Positions 34,701-47,793 are shown, counted from the first letter of the whole stretch. The stretch: DNA of 63,143 nt, filler included, from Folioceros fuciformis (GCA_049999805.1; 11 parts of 11 records of this genome joined end to end with filler, not necessarily neighbours in it), one strand, 5' to 3'. Notes: generated from the letters alone by a model not told the origin. Made by a program: numbers and translations.

Positions 34701-37133
34701 ATCATGCTTTTGGTCGACTTCGGAACATGCCTAACATCCTTCAGAACGAATGAAGATCCATTGTGAAACTTCAGCTGCACATCACCAACGCCTGCAATCT
34801 CGCATGCGTAGTTATTCCCAAGCTGAACACATCCTTTCCTAGTAGCATCATACGTGCTAAACCACTCCCTATGCGGAGTAACATGGAAAGATGCTCCAGA
34901 GTCAATTATCCAATTAGAGAATAAGTGACTCTCCACGGCTGTCAGTTGTGCAGAATCGAAGGAAGAAGAGGTAAGAACATCTCCATCGTCAATAGAGTTC
35001 ACCTCATCATGCTTGCTACTCGGACTTGCCTTGTTGTCGCTCTGCTTCTTCTCCTTTCCTTTGTCCTTCTTGAACTTCTTGCAGTCCTTCCTGATGTGAC
35101 CCTTCTTGTGACAATGGTAACACTCAACATTGTTACGACAACGAGATTTGCTATGGGAAGAACTTCGCTCCTTGTACTTCCCCTTTGAAGTGGACCTTCC
35201 TCTCACCATGAGGGCATTGGAACCTTTTGAAGGTTCTCTATTCTTCCTGTTCACCTCCTCTGTTAACAGGCTACCTTCTACGTTTACAACGGTAAGACCA
35301 CTGGCAGGAGCGGAATTACTCAGAGCTGTACGAAAGGTGTCCCAGCTCTCTGTTAATGTGACCAACAGAAACATAGCTCTCACGGAATCTGGGAATGAGA
35401 TACCTTGAGATGAGAGCTGGCTGAAAATGGTATTGAACTCATTCAGATGATCGGACATCCTCGTCCCTTCCTTCATCTTCAAGTCCACCAGCTGTTTCAG
35501 CCAATACACCTGAGAAGCCGCACTTTGCTTCTCATACAGATCACACAATTTCTGCCATAGCTCGTAGCTTGTGGTCTTGTCTTTCGCATTGAAGTAGACC
35601 GACTTCGACAATGTTAGCATGATGGTAGATCTGGCAAGCTCATCTAGATCCTGCCACTCATCCTGAGTCATGCTAACAGGTTTCACTCCTAGCAACTTGA
35701 TGGGCTTAATCTGCTTCTTCTATATTAGAACATTATACACTTTTTCTTTCCAGAACGGGAAGTTAGTACCATTTAACTTCTCAATATTGAACATGACGTT
35801 TTCTGAGGACGTCATGATTCAAAATCGATGTAAATCAAGCAAAAGGCTAGTTAGAAACAGTCAGAGTGTAATGTAGATGTTTATAGTTACCCTCATAACA
35901 AAACGGCTGTCCACAATTTAGGCTTTGGTCGCTCACAATTGGAATATCTCCCGTCGTCCCATCGAGATCTCGACTTCCACGGCTGGGATCGGTTCGGTGC
36001 TCGCACTCTCGCTCTCGGCGTCTGCGCTCTCGGCGATTGCGATGCGGAGTCCGACGTCAACGACTCCCACGTCCTTCTACGCCCCACGATTCAGCAGCCG
36101 AGATATGCCCGTGACCAGGTCTTCGTACGCCGGCTGGGTCCTCGACCGCCGGCGCTGTTGTACTTGCCGGTTGGGTCCTCGCCCGCCCGCCGGCCGGGTT
36201 ATTAACCGCCGGCGCTAATCCGCCAGTCGGGTCCGCCCGCCGCCGCCTTGCCGCCCAGCTTCGGCGTCAGGGGCCTTGCGCCCAGGCGCATGGCAGGGCG
36301 CCCGAGCACCCTGGCACCCTAGTGGTCGGGGTCAGGCGCCCCCTTGCTGGGGCACCCCTCGCTAGGGGCTGCCGCCGTGGCAGGCATCTGCTCCCCCCGT
36401 GGGTAGCCTGGTGCAGGGCGCCTGGCTGTGGCCGGGGGGCCTGAAGCGGGCTGCACGCCTGCTTCAGGCAGGCGGTCACGGCCCGGGCTGGCGCCCGCGT
36501 CAGGTGGGCGCCCTCGCTGGGTTTGGCACTAGTTGGCGCCCCTGGCACCACTAGCGCCCGGGGGCCGGCGTCCCCGTCCGAGGGGCCTTGGGCCTGGCGG
36601 GCACACAAGGCGGGGGGGGGCGCCGCCTTGTGTGCTCAGGGCGCTGTGTGCGCCTGTGCTCGTCCTCATGTGGATGGGCGTTCCGAGGCCGGGGGGTCGC
36701 CCCGCTCCTGGCTTCCTCTCTTGGCTAGAGGCCCTTGCACCCCGGATGCTGCAGACGGCCACTCCACTGTCTCCCTCACAGCCACTTTGTTCGCAACACC
36801 AGGGACATCATCCTCCTGCTCCACAACCAGGCTCTGATACCACTTATAGGACCGCTAGAGGAGCATGGTGAAGGAGAGGAGAGGAGGAGGCAAGGAGGAG
36901 AAGAAAGAGAGGTCACACTCTCACAATAGAGTCTCAATAGCAAGCGAGCTCAAGGGGGTATTTATACCCTCTAGAAGAGCTCCCTAGGAAGCTTCACAAG
37001 AAGCGCACAGGACGCTATGCAAGAAGCTTCCTACATATTAGCTTTAGCTAATCTAAACTAATGGTACTTAACTAGACACTAATCTTAGACTAAACACATT
37101 AGTCTAAGCACATTGGGCTTTAATAACCCTACA
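31760..37133 (-). mobile_element. Full-length decayed Ty1/copia element (Tnt1/Tork-like): LTRs 36845-37133 and 31760-31991, PBS 36830-36842, gag-pol about 35815-32033
   Basis: Matching LTR pair TGTAGGGTTATT..., PBS TGGTATCAGAGCCTGGTT, PPT AAGTGGGAGGT, CYHCHKKGHIRKDC, WIIDSGASFHVTP, VHSDVCGP, YKARLVAKGF, LYVDDM; several frameshifts. Confidence 0.93.
32150..32602 (-). repeat. Foreign ~450-bp segment replacing part of RT/RNase H, near-identical to 54094-54553
   Basis: Both copies encode MDTIDLAQQNRNLHLHQRLLAHH...GEGIAQEIH. Confidence 0.9.
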
Positions 37134-37463
37134 GTCATCTAGGCGGAGGCGTGCCCTAGAGCGCACCAACAGCTTTGTCGCGCTAGGGGAGGTTGGGTCC
37201 CTATAACACCGCAGGAGGAGCTGGGGCACCCACGGGCGCACTACCTCCTCCTTCATCACAGTCCTGGCTGTGCTAGCTCCCATGGTGCACCTAGGATTGC
37301 ACCAGCTCTCATAGCGCGCTCCTAGGTGCGCCAACTTCTATGGCGCGCTCCTGGGCACGCTCATGGGCACTAGCTTCCCCTTCCCCTTCCCACCTCCCCC
37401 TTCCTTCCAGGCCTTAACATGCCTTAACAATAGAGAAGGAAAAGTTGGAGATAACACACCTTG

Positions 37464-37900
37464 TTATAAGCGATTAGTTGTGTTTTCTATTACCAACTTC
37501 AAAGTTTCACATTCCACGCACTTCAAGAACCGGCTGGTCTTTGGAATTTTGACCTTCGGAAAGTAAATTTTCCAGAGAGCAGAAAAGAGGGAATGGGACA
37601 CGTTGGTGAGGTCCGCACTAGAGACTTCTCGCCTGTACTCTAGAAAAATCTCTCCTTTCGTGTACAAGTCTAGAAGGTAATATAGTGATGCATTCGGGAG
37701 CCTCTCCGAAGTGAGCTTGAAAAAGTGATCCATCCAAGCACTGCATTCCAACACATGGTCTTCTTTTGATCTTGTTCTTATGTTAAATTGCGCAGACCAA
37801 GGCACATTTAGCAGGACTCGTTTCTTTAAGTCCTAATACCTATCCCAGCCTATGCAAAATACCCTCCGTAAGCTTTTAACGCAACATGAGACTCTCTCCT
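37464..37900 (-). pseudogene. Sola-like transposase, N-terminal half
   Basis: CVKSLRRVFCIGWDRY and FSALWKIYFPKVKIPKTSRFLKCVEC; same strand as and upstream of the catalytic half. Confidence 0.6.
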
Positions 37901-39735
37901 CTCCTACTAGACAAATGCTTACAAATGGCATTGCATCTGAGCCAATCTTTTGCTCCATTACGCCTTCCAGAAATAGTTCCTAGTGCTCTCTGTCCAATGT
38001 TAGAAAGTGATACCTCAATTGCTCAATGTATTTCTTACCAATCTTCAGCAATGAGAATAACGTTGTGGCGCAACTCCGACGGGAGTTGTAGGCCCGTCAA
38101 CAATCGTTGAGAGGGATGGCCCTTACGATAAATAAGTGGCATATGGAGGAGAAGGCGGCATGCCTAATGTCTGCTAAGTAAACTAGTAGCCAAACGAATC
38201 CCGCATGACAGCATCCTGATTGTCATGAGGCATGCATTCTCCTGGTGAATGAAAGGAGCTTGAATTGCTTAGTAGCTAATGTTTAGTTACTGAACTTGTG
38301 GATCCTCGAGGATGGGGAGTAGGCTGTGTGTGTTGTTGTGACAAGTGTCCATGATAGCTCTGTAGCCTTGATGGTGCGACAAGCACATGTCAATCTGGTA
38401 GTTTAGTCCTAAAATGGTGTTCTATGGGGCCCACAAAAAGTAGGTCAGACCTACCTGGGACATGTTAGTAGCAAAAAGAACACAGCAAAAGAAGTCAGTG
38501 GGGAGGTTGCAGGATTTGAAGTCCCGCTGGAGTAGGATAGAATAGCAACCAGGCAAGCAATACATCTAGTTGGCCAAGAGAAGTGGTAGCCAGCGGGTTA
38601 GAAATGACCCCAAGGAATGATCGGCCGTCAAACTCTCGGGCAGTCCTGAGATACAAATCGCTTGGTGTTAGTAGAAGCAGTGGGAGAAGGAAGGAAAAAG
38701 AATGGGAGAGGAGGTGGTTAGCGGTGGAAATCAGGCCTAAAATTAGCAGCTTATTTAGCACAAGCAGCTGCTAGCCGGTATGCTCCCCCAACCATCGCAA
38801 ACTGATCCCAGGGTGCCAGGATGGTTCTCGGACTCTCAGAGGAATGAAGAAGGTGAGAAAAACCAGAGTTGGAATTTATGGAATTAAATCCAGGAAAATA
38901 TGAGTGAAAAAAAGAAAAAGAAAAGAAAAATTAGGGGAAAAAAGCAAAAAAAATATCTAATATACGAAAATATGAATACTATACATAGATAAAGATATGG
39001 ATATTATATACGTATATATATTATACATACAGGATACGTGTGAAGCATGTTTAGTTCAAAAGCCTTGTGCTCCCTTGCGGTATTGCTCTGTAATATTCTT
39101 CAACTCCTGTGGGCTTCGATTATATCACTTGAAATGTGATCATCGAGCTTGTCTGCCTGAGCCAACTCGTGGACAACCGTATGTTACAAGCATAATGGTG
39201 ATTCTTGTTTCGCTTCACCAGACTGAAAACATACGGGATAGAATGAGGTCAAGGACTGTACGTGGCTTAGCACTTCCCTGTCTCATGAGTGGAAACGGTC
39301 CTCCACAATGTTTTGGCTCGCATCTGTTCCCTGCTGTAAAGTCTCCTCGTGTCGTTGCTTATATAGACAACTTCGTGTTTCTTCTCAGTTGCGGAAGCGG
39401 GCCACTTGTGACCAGAGGCTGCGGATTCTCCTTAGGAGCGTTGGAGGAGATTTTCCAGCTGCAAATGGCACCCTCAATCATGGCGCAATTCACCAATTGA
39501 AGTTTAGGGAGGATACCACATGTAGACGTGCTCCGGGATTTGCAGGACAATGCACACTGTGCTCCATAGTATTTCATGGGTGCAAAGGCACACCTCGATC
39601 ATGCTGTACCTTTCTCGTTATTACACTGCCTCAACCTCCTTTTGACTGTTGTGCCTCTTTTGTCACTGCTCCTCATCGCTACTGTGCTCTCATAGCATCC
39701 CTCACTTCGCGTGTGTTGTGGGCTTCGCTTCTTTA

Positions 39736-42700
39736 GGTTATGGGCCCACAAGATCAAGCAGCGGTGACGATTGCTAACCTGCGCATCGTCGAGACGTTCA
39801 ACGGAACGAACTACCACATGTGGAAGTTCAAGATGCAAATCTTGCTGGAAGAGAAGGAAGTATAGGATGTGGTAAATGGGAAGGAGAAGTCGCCAAATGT
39901 CTAGGACACAGCCGGAACGACGAAATAGAAATAGCGGGATTGCAAAGCATTCATTACGATCTGTTTGAACCTCCGTGACACTCAACTTCAAATGGTGTGC
40001 ACAGAGGAAACCTCAAAGGACGTTTGGGACCGACTGAGGGAGCGCTACAAGACGGGTAGTCTCATGAGCGAGGTATTCCTAGTCAAACGTCTGGTCACAC
40101 TGCAAATGGAGGAAGAAGACAGCATGGAAGAGCACTTGGCGAAGGTGGAGACCCTAAACGAGCAGCTGGAAGCTGTTGGAGCCGGCTTCAAGGAGAAAGT
40201 CCTCATCATCTTGCTTCTGGCCAGCCTCCCACCCTCTTATGAGACATTGACGGTCATGTTAGAGTCACGAGGCGATGCACTGACCAAAGAACTCGTTTGG
40301 TCAAGACTGTTGCAAGAGGTAGCTCAATGCAAGGAGAAAGGGAAGGAGCAAACTGATGGAGAAGACTCAGCATTCATTGCTCATGGGAACTCCAGGAGTA
40401 GCAGCAAAACATGAGGCGATGGGAGGACCAGAGCCTCGAGATCGAGTCCATCCACATTCAAGTGCTTCTACTGTGACGAGGTTGGTCACAGGGTTCGAGA
40501 CTATCGAAAAAAGTCAGCAAATCTTAAGGCAAGAAAGGGAACCAAAGTATTTGATTCCCACGAGGCAAAGGTGGCTACCATGGAGGAGGGGGAGGGCCAC
40601 GTCAAAGGCACCTTCATGGCGTCAGTGGAGAGCTTGGAAGGCTGGGAGGACAGCGACGAACAAGCATCAGTGCACACAAGCGCAATGGGAGTGCACGAGG
40701 AGGATGCTTGGTTCATCGACTCTGCTGCAACATCACACATGTCACCAAGAAAAGAGTGGTTCACATTGCTGAGCAAAATCGCACCAAAGCGAGTTCGCAT
40801 GGCGGACGATTTCATCCAACTCGCCATGGCAATGATTATGCTACCCCCTGTCCAAGGAACACCCCGATCAAGGACTGTGATACGGGGAGTGTTTTTTGTG
40901 CTAGGAATCACCAAAAGTTTACTATCTGTGCGCACGCTCACAGCTGGAGGCTTGGAAGTGGCATTCGAGAGGTCAAGGTGCATGATCAAGAACCTGGGCG
41001 GCGATAGATTGCAGAATCCACCCTTGGGGATGACAACCTATACCAGCTATCTTGCAGCACTCCTGAGACCAAAAGCAAGAGCGAGGAGCAGCTTGCAAGA
41101 GAAAGGGCCAACCTAGCCAAAATCGAGGCTACAAACGAATCAGTTCAATTGTGGCATGAGAGATTTGGGCACCTAAGAGCCCGTGACCTACGATTGTTGG
41201 CAAATCGCATGATGGTCCATGGGCTCATGCTCCAAAGTGACACCGAGTTGGTGTTTTGCGAGGGTGTGTGCTGGGGAAGCACCACAAGGCTCCCTTCGCA
41301 CGGGGAGGAACTGCCCGAGTGCAAGCAGAGCACCACTTGGACCTGGTGCACAATGACTAATGAAGCCCCATGAAGACCCAATCACTTGGAGGGGCACGGT
41401 ACGTTCTTACATTTGTCGACGACCACACAACACGGACATGGGTATACTTCTTGAAGTCGAAGGATGAAACACTTGACTGTTTCAAGAAATTCAAGGCGTT
41501 GGTTGAAAAGGATTGCGAACGACTCATCAAAATCCTTCGGTCAGATGGCGGTGGAGAGTACATGTCGAAAGCATTCAAAGGATACCTGGTAGAACAGGGG
41601 ATTCAACATTAAATCGCTGCCCGATCGGAACAAAACTCTATTGCGGAGAGGATGCATCGAACAATCATCGAGCGAGCTAGAAGCATGTTGCTCGGTCAGA
41701 AGCTACACAATCAATTCTAGGCAGAAGCAGTTGCAATAGTGGCATACGTTCCAAATTGCAGCCCGACAAAAGCATTGAAGGACCAAGGCATCACCCTAGA
41801 AGAAGCGTGGACACGGCACAAGCCATCCGTGAAGCATTTGAGGGTCTTTGGCTGCAAGGTGTACGTACACATTCCGAGAGACGAACGAAGCAAGATGAAT
41901 GCCAAGTCCATCGAATGTATCTTTCTCGGCTATTGCCCAAGCAACATGGCATACCGGTTGTACAACCCACAGACCAAGCGGATCATTCGGAGCAAAGATG
42001 TCATCTTCGATGAACGGGGAACACAACCGGGAGAATTGCAGCCCCCATCACTCTTACCAAGTAGGGATCTACCACAAGGCACGCTCGAAGAGAACCCATC
42101 GGAGCACATCAACCCCGTACCAACAGGAGATCACGCAAGAGGAGCAGACATGGAGACCGGAGGAGAGCCGGACACATTGGTCCCAGGTGATTACCTAGCG
42201 ATGAAGAGGACCCTCGGGATGGGGATACCCACAGAGAAGTTGCACCTCACACCAGCAGAAGCACAAGAGAACAGCACGGTCAGGCCACATGACCCGCCCA
42301 CACAAGCTTGGCCATAGGACGGGAGAGACGATCTTGGAAGCNNNNNNNNNNNNNNNNNNNNNNNNNNNNNNNNNNNNNNNNNNNNNNNNNNNNNNNNNNN
42401 NNNNNNNNNNNNNNNNNNNNNNNNNNNNNNNNNNNNNNNNNGAGAATTGCAGCCCCCATCACTCTTACCAAGCAGGGAACTACCACAAAGCACGCTCGAA
42501 GGGAACCCATCGGAGCACATCAACCTCGTACCAACAAGAGATCACGCAAGATGAGCACACCTGGAGACCGGAGGAGAGCCAGACACATCGATCCTAGGGG
42601 ATTACCAGAGTGATGAAGAGGACCCTCGCGACGGGGATACCCACAGAGAAGTTGCACCTCACACCAGCAAAAGCACAAGAGAACAGCACGGTCAGGCTAC

Positions 42701-43429
42701 ACAACCCGCCAACACAAGCTTGGCCATAGAACGGTAGAGTCGATCTTGGAAGCCGTCCTTAAAGATGCTGGAAAGCATGGACTCGGCTTTGAAGTGCACG
42801 GTGGAGGAAGAGCCCTCAACCTTGAAGGAGGCTTTGGAAACAGAAGATAGGGAGAAATGGCTGAAGGCCATACACGCCGAGTACAATGTGTTGATCAAGA
42901 ACAAAACTTGAAACTTAACCAAGGTCCCTCCCAGACGAAGGCCAATTGGCAGCAAGTGGACTTTCAAGCTAAAGCATAAGGGAGACGGGAGCATCGAGCG
43001 GTACAAAGCACGATTGGTGGCAAAGGGCTATGACCAACAGTACAGGGAAGACTACAGCGAGATGTTCTCACCCGTCATAAACTTCACATCGATCCAATGC
43101 ATGCTTGCATTGGCAGTGATCGAAGACATGGAGATCCATCACATGGACGTCTGCAACGCTTTCCTCAATGGCGACCTGGAGGAAGCAATCTTCATGACAC
43201 AGCATGAAGGGTTTGAGAAGCGTGAGAAAGAGCACCTGGTTTGCAAGTTGAGGAAGGCTCTTTACGGCCTGAAGCAGGCCGCACAAAGGTGGTACTTCAA
43301 GCTCAACACTCTCCGAAAGGCCCTAGACTTCAAACGGAGCGAGGCGGATCAAGGAGTATACACACTCGGAGACGGAGACTCGCAGGTGTAAATTGCCGTA
43401 TACGTTGACGATCTACTGATAATCAGCAA
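39736..43429 (+). mobile_element. Decayed Ty1/copia element with half-tRNA-type PBS (possible 5' LTR about 39521-39735)
   Basis: GGTTATGGGCCCA then gag [57 protein letters not shown]; many stops and frameshifts. Confidence 0.88.
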
Positions 43430-43617
43430 NNNNNNNNNNNNNNNNNNNNNNNNNNNNNNNNNNNNNNNNNNNNTTAATTAATTAANNNNNNNNNNNNNNN
43501 NNNNNNNNNNNNNNNNNNNNNNNNNNNNNTTTTCTTTACCTAAATTATCATCACCTATGAGCTTATATATGTTATAGGCCTCATTTAAAAGCTAGAATTC
43601 ATCCCTGCATTCATAGT

Positions 43618-46600
43618 GAGTGGGAGTGATGAAATAAGTCTAGATTTAGGGCACTATTCATTAGGGCCTCTTAACTTTAATTATCTACCTAGGGTTATTT
43701 AGGTAGTTATTAGCTATAGTGGTTATATTAGTTATAACCACTTACGGTTACAACTACTTATGGTTACAACCACTTATAGTTGTAACCGCCCAACTACCTA
43801 GCCTATATAAAGGCTTGTACTTTACTTCTTATATACATTCAATTACATTCTAAGATTTGCATATAAGAGCAAGGCTAGATTTTCATCATGGTATCAGAGC
43901 ATCTTGCTCTTCATTATGCAAGTGCAGCTTTAAGCATTTAAGGAGCGCATCTAGGAGACATCTTTTCCAATCCAGCACCTCGCTAGATGGATTGTGTCTC
44001 TTTTATAATTGCTGCTCTCTTATGTTTTCTTCTCATGCAAATATCTCTTTTCCCATAATGTTCATATGCACTAATTCTTCGTCTCCTCTTTATGGATTTG
44101 ATTTATTTTAATAGGAGGAGGCCTAGAATTAGGAAAAGAAATTGCCCTGCAAGACAACAAGATCAAGTTAGGATTAAGAGCAATAGAAGTTCACAAATTA
44201 TAGCAAGAGAGATAGATGAGATATCTTCTCGCATAGCTAACTTCATTGCATCTATTCTAATTTCTAAACCAGACCAAGGGAAGTTGATTAAGCTTGCTAG
44301 ATGTGATTTGCTAGAAGTATTTAGCCCAATCCATGTTAAGGCCTTAGAATTAGCTATTCAACATATCCCTAATTTGAGAGCTGGTGCTAACGCTTCTAAA
44401 TTCTTTTGTCTACAAGGCCAAAATATAGAAACTCACCAAATTCATGACCTAGATAGAGAATTATCTTCTCTAACAATTCAACATCTTGAATTCAAGAGAA
44501 AACTAACAGAACTTGGGGTAAGGGTGTCCAATCTCTCTAAATTCAAAGATGTGCAGGAACTTTCTAGTAGGTCATCATCTCCTGATGCAGGTTACCGTGC
44601 AAGGGAGGAGTTTCGGGCTTGCAATAGAGAAGATGGAAAGCTGTACCGCCGAGGCTTAGTCCTCTAGATCACCTGCTATGGCTGGAGTATCTAATATTGA
44701 AGAAGAATTTTCAGCGTCACCAAATACACCCATGATGGATCCTTCTGGGAGTTCTAATCATACCTTGATTAATCATTATGGTAACAGCTTCAAAGAGAAG
44801 GATAGGTTCAATGGAAAGAATTATTATGTTTGGGCTATACGGATGAAAGGAGCCTTGCGACAACGAGATCTCTGGGACATAGTCGAAGGAAGACTTCCCA
44901 GACCCACTGAAAGATTTGAAGCACACCTTCGAACGTCCTGGGACGTCAGGGACGAGAAGGCACAAGACCTTATCATCAGTGGACTTTCGGAGCAGATGGT
45001 GATACAAGTTGGTCATGCAAAGACCTCCCACGACATGTGGACTCACCTTGCTCAACTCTACTCCTCCATGGATGTTATGAGTATTGTTGCCGCCTCCCGT
45101 AATTTCCGCAACCTTCAAATGAAGGAGTCCGATTCCATTGAACGCCATATTAGTAATTTCCGACTAGCAAGATCTCAACTTGAGGCTGCAAGTGGCATTC
45201 CTGTCCATGAGTTGGAAGCATATGTTATCCTTCTATCATCTTTACCGCCGTCTTATAGAGCTTTTGTTACAACTCAAAATGCTGTTCTCCGTAATGCAAG
45301 ACGTGAGGCAGATGAGAATCCACAAGCAGAAATTAAGCTCAGCATCGCCGAGCTCATAGGAGCATTGATGCAAGAGGAATCAAGTCGGCGACACTCCAGA
45401 ACCAATAAGCAACAGGTGATGTTCACTGGAAGGGGTAATGGAAGAGGACGAGGCAGAGGCCGAGGTTCCACTTCATATCGACCCCAGACTTCCAATGACA
45501 ACTCTTGAAGACGAGAGACTTCTTCTTCAACACCTGCTAAAGGTACCAAGAAGAAAGGCATCATTTGTAATTGGTGCAGAATACCAAACCACCTGGAGAA
45601 GGACTGTTACAAGAAGAAAAATGGTGAGCCTAGAAAAGAGGCTGCGCCTGGAGCTCATATAGCTGTGAAGAAGACATCTTCCACAACACCTTCGGCTCTA
45701 ACTATATGTTTGACTTCATCAAAGTCATCAAATCCAAACTGGTACTTGGATAGTGGAGCCACTGCACACATCTGTAATAATAGACGTCTGTATCAATCTT
45801 ATAATTCTGTTACAGGACATCAGAGTGTCTTATTAGGTGATGATCATAACCTTCCTATTTCTGGTATAGGTTCGATAAAACTCAGATGTTCTTCTAGTCA
45901 AATCCTTGTTCTTTCCAATGTTCTTCATGTCCAGCCATGTGTAAGAATTTAGTGTCAGCTACTTGTTTATGCATAGAACATAACATACAAGTCATTTTAG
46001 ATGCAGATAGTTGTGTTCTCACTTACTCTCCTAGTGAATCTCTCAATATCTGCACAGGCACAATAGAGGACGGGTTATATAAACTTGCAGTCCAAGTAGA
46101 ATCATCACATGATAGAGTTAATTTAGCTTCTCAGAACTCTATCACGTCCAACACTACTTTACTTGGCATTGTAGATTAGGACATCCTAATAGCCAAAAGC
46201 TTGTCCAAATGTCTAAGGGAAACCTTTATAGACACCCTTCCCTTCCAAAGATAGAACCATTATCATGGTGTGAAGCTTGTGTCCTTACTAAAAGACATCA
46301 AGTCCCTTTCAAAAAAAATTCTCCTCAGCGGGCCAAGGTACCCTTAGAGTTGGTTCACACCGACATTTGTGGCCCAATTTCTGCACCATCTTTCAGCGGC
46401 TGCAGATATTTTATTACTTTTATTGATGATTATTCCCGTTTTACCACAACATACATCCTCAAGCACAAAAGTGAAGCTTTTCAATACTTCAAGGATTACA
46501 TGATCTGGGCAGAACGACTTACAGAGAAGAAACTCAAAACCCTCCGTTCCGATAATGGAGGCGAGTTTATCTCCAATGCTTTTACAGATTTTTGTCGAGC

Positions 46601-47793
46601 TCAAGGTATTGCTCAGCAATTCACGGTGGTTTATACCCCTCAGCAAAACGGCGTAGCAGAAAATAAGAATCTACGTCTTCAAGAGATAACAGGTTGCTTG
46701 CTTTCCCAAGCCCGGTTAGTTAAACCATATTGGGCAGAAGCAATGATAACGGCAACATATCTTCTCAATCGACTGCCCACCTCAGCAGTTCGGGGTATGA
46801 CACCTTATGAAGCATTCATTGGCAGAAAGCCTTCCATCGACCACCTTCGGGTTTTTGGCTGTACGGCATATGTTTATATTCCTAAAGCACAGCGTAAGAA
46901 GTTCGATGATAAGGCTGCCAAGTACACCTTTATTGGTCATACAGAAGGTATTAAAGGATACAAGTTATTTGATCCAGCTACAAGGAAACTCATTTATGCC
47001 CGCAGCGTTACTTTTCATGAGTCTCCACTCTTATCCCCAGTGGACTCCTACTCTTCTGTCTATGTTCCTGACGACAATATTGTACCCACATCTTTTGATG
47101 ATGATGAGTTTATCAGCATTCAATCTTTTCCTTCCTCTCCTCCAGTTGAACCTATTGTGCAGGAGGAGGAGGAGCCATCTTCTCCGCGACGACCTACTAC
47201 TCCAGATCCAGATCTGGAAATTCCTCAACACCTGGATGATATTTATGTGGTTCCGGATGATGAACTTCCCGAGCCTGACTATCCGGATATTGAGGAACTG
47301 GTTCCTTCATTACAAGAACCAGCACATGAAGATATTGTACACACAGAGAATCCAATCGTCGACGACGTAGAGCAACCTGCACCAAGGTACAACCTAAGGA
47401 CCAAGCCTGTTATTTCTGGCCCTGCAGGATGGAAGGAACCACCTTTAGGATACCTCACCACTTTTGATGATCCCTCCTCACCTTTCTCCCATTTTTATCA
47501 ATCTGTTTACAAAGCTACAATTGATCCTGAAGAGCCACTGACCCTTAAACAAGCTTTCACTTCTCCCGAGAAGGACTTATGGAAAGCTGCAGTGGACTCT
47601 GAGTATGATTCCCTAGTTAAGAATTCTACATGGGAATTAGTTAAACCACCCAAAGGGAGAAAAATCGTAGGGAGTAAATGGGTCTTTAAAATTAAACAAA
47701 AGGGTGATGGTTCCATTGAGAGATATAAGGCAAGACTAGTAGCCAGAGGTTTTACCCAGATACCGGGTTTAGATTACATACCCTGGGCTACTT
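43618..47793 (+). mobile_element. Ty1/copia element: PPT 43618-43626, LTR 43627-43888, PBS 43889-43900, leader ORF, disrupted gag-pol 44678-47793
   Basis: LTR with perfect 8-bp terminal IR TGATGAAA/TTTCATCA, internal ~16-bp GGTTACAACCACTTAT repeats and TATATAAA; gag FKEKDRFNGKNY, WYLDSGAT, VHTDICGP, RSDNGGEF, YKARLVARG. Confidence 0.93.
44092..44667 (+). CDS. Extra leader ORF (191 aa) immediately upstream of gag
   Basis: ATG-initiated, RRRPRIRKR basic patch, heptad segment; stops 10 nt before the gag ATG at 44678. Confidence 0.55.
   Translation: MDLIYFNRRRPRIRKRNCPARQQDQVRIKSNRSSQIIAREIDEISSRIANFIASILISKPDQGKLIKLARCDLLEVFSPIHVKALELAIQHIPNLRAGANASKFFCLQGQNIETHQIHDLDRELSSLTIQHLEFKRKLTELGVRVSNLSKFKDVQELSSRSSSPDAGYRAREEFRACNREDGKLYRRGLVL

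Noticed and set aside
42031-42752. Tandem duplication in the IN-RT linker
   Set aside because: The two copies flank a 100-N scaffold gap and may be mis-joined paralogous copies.
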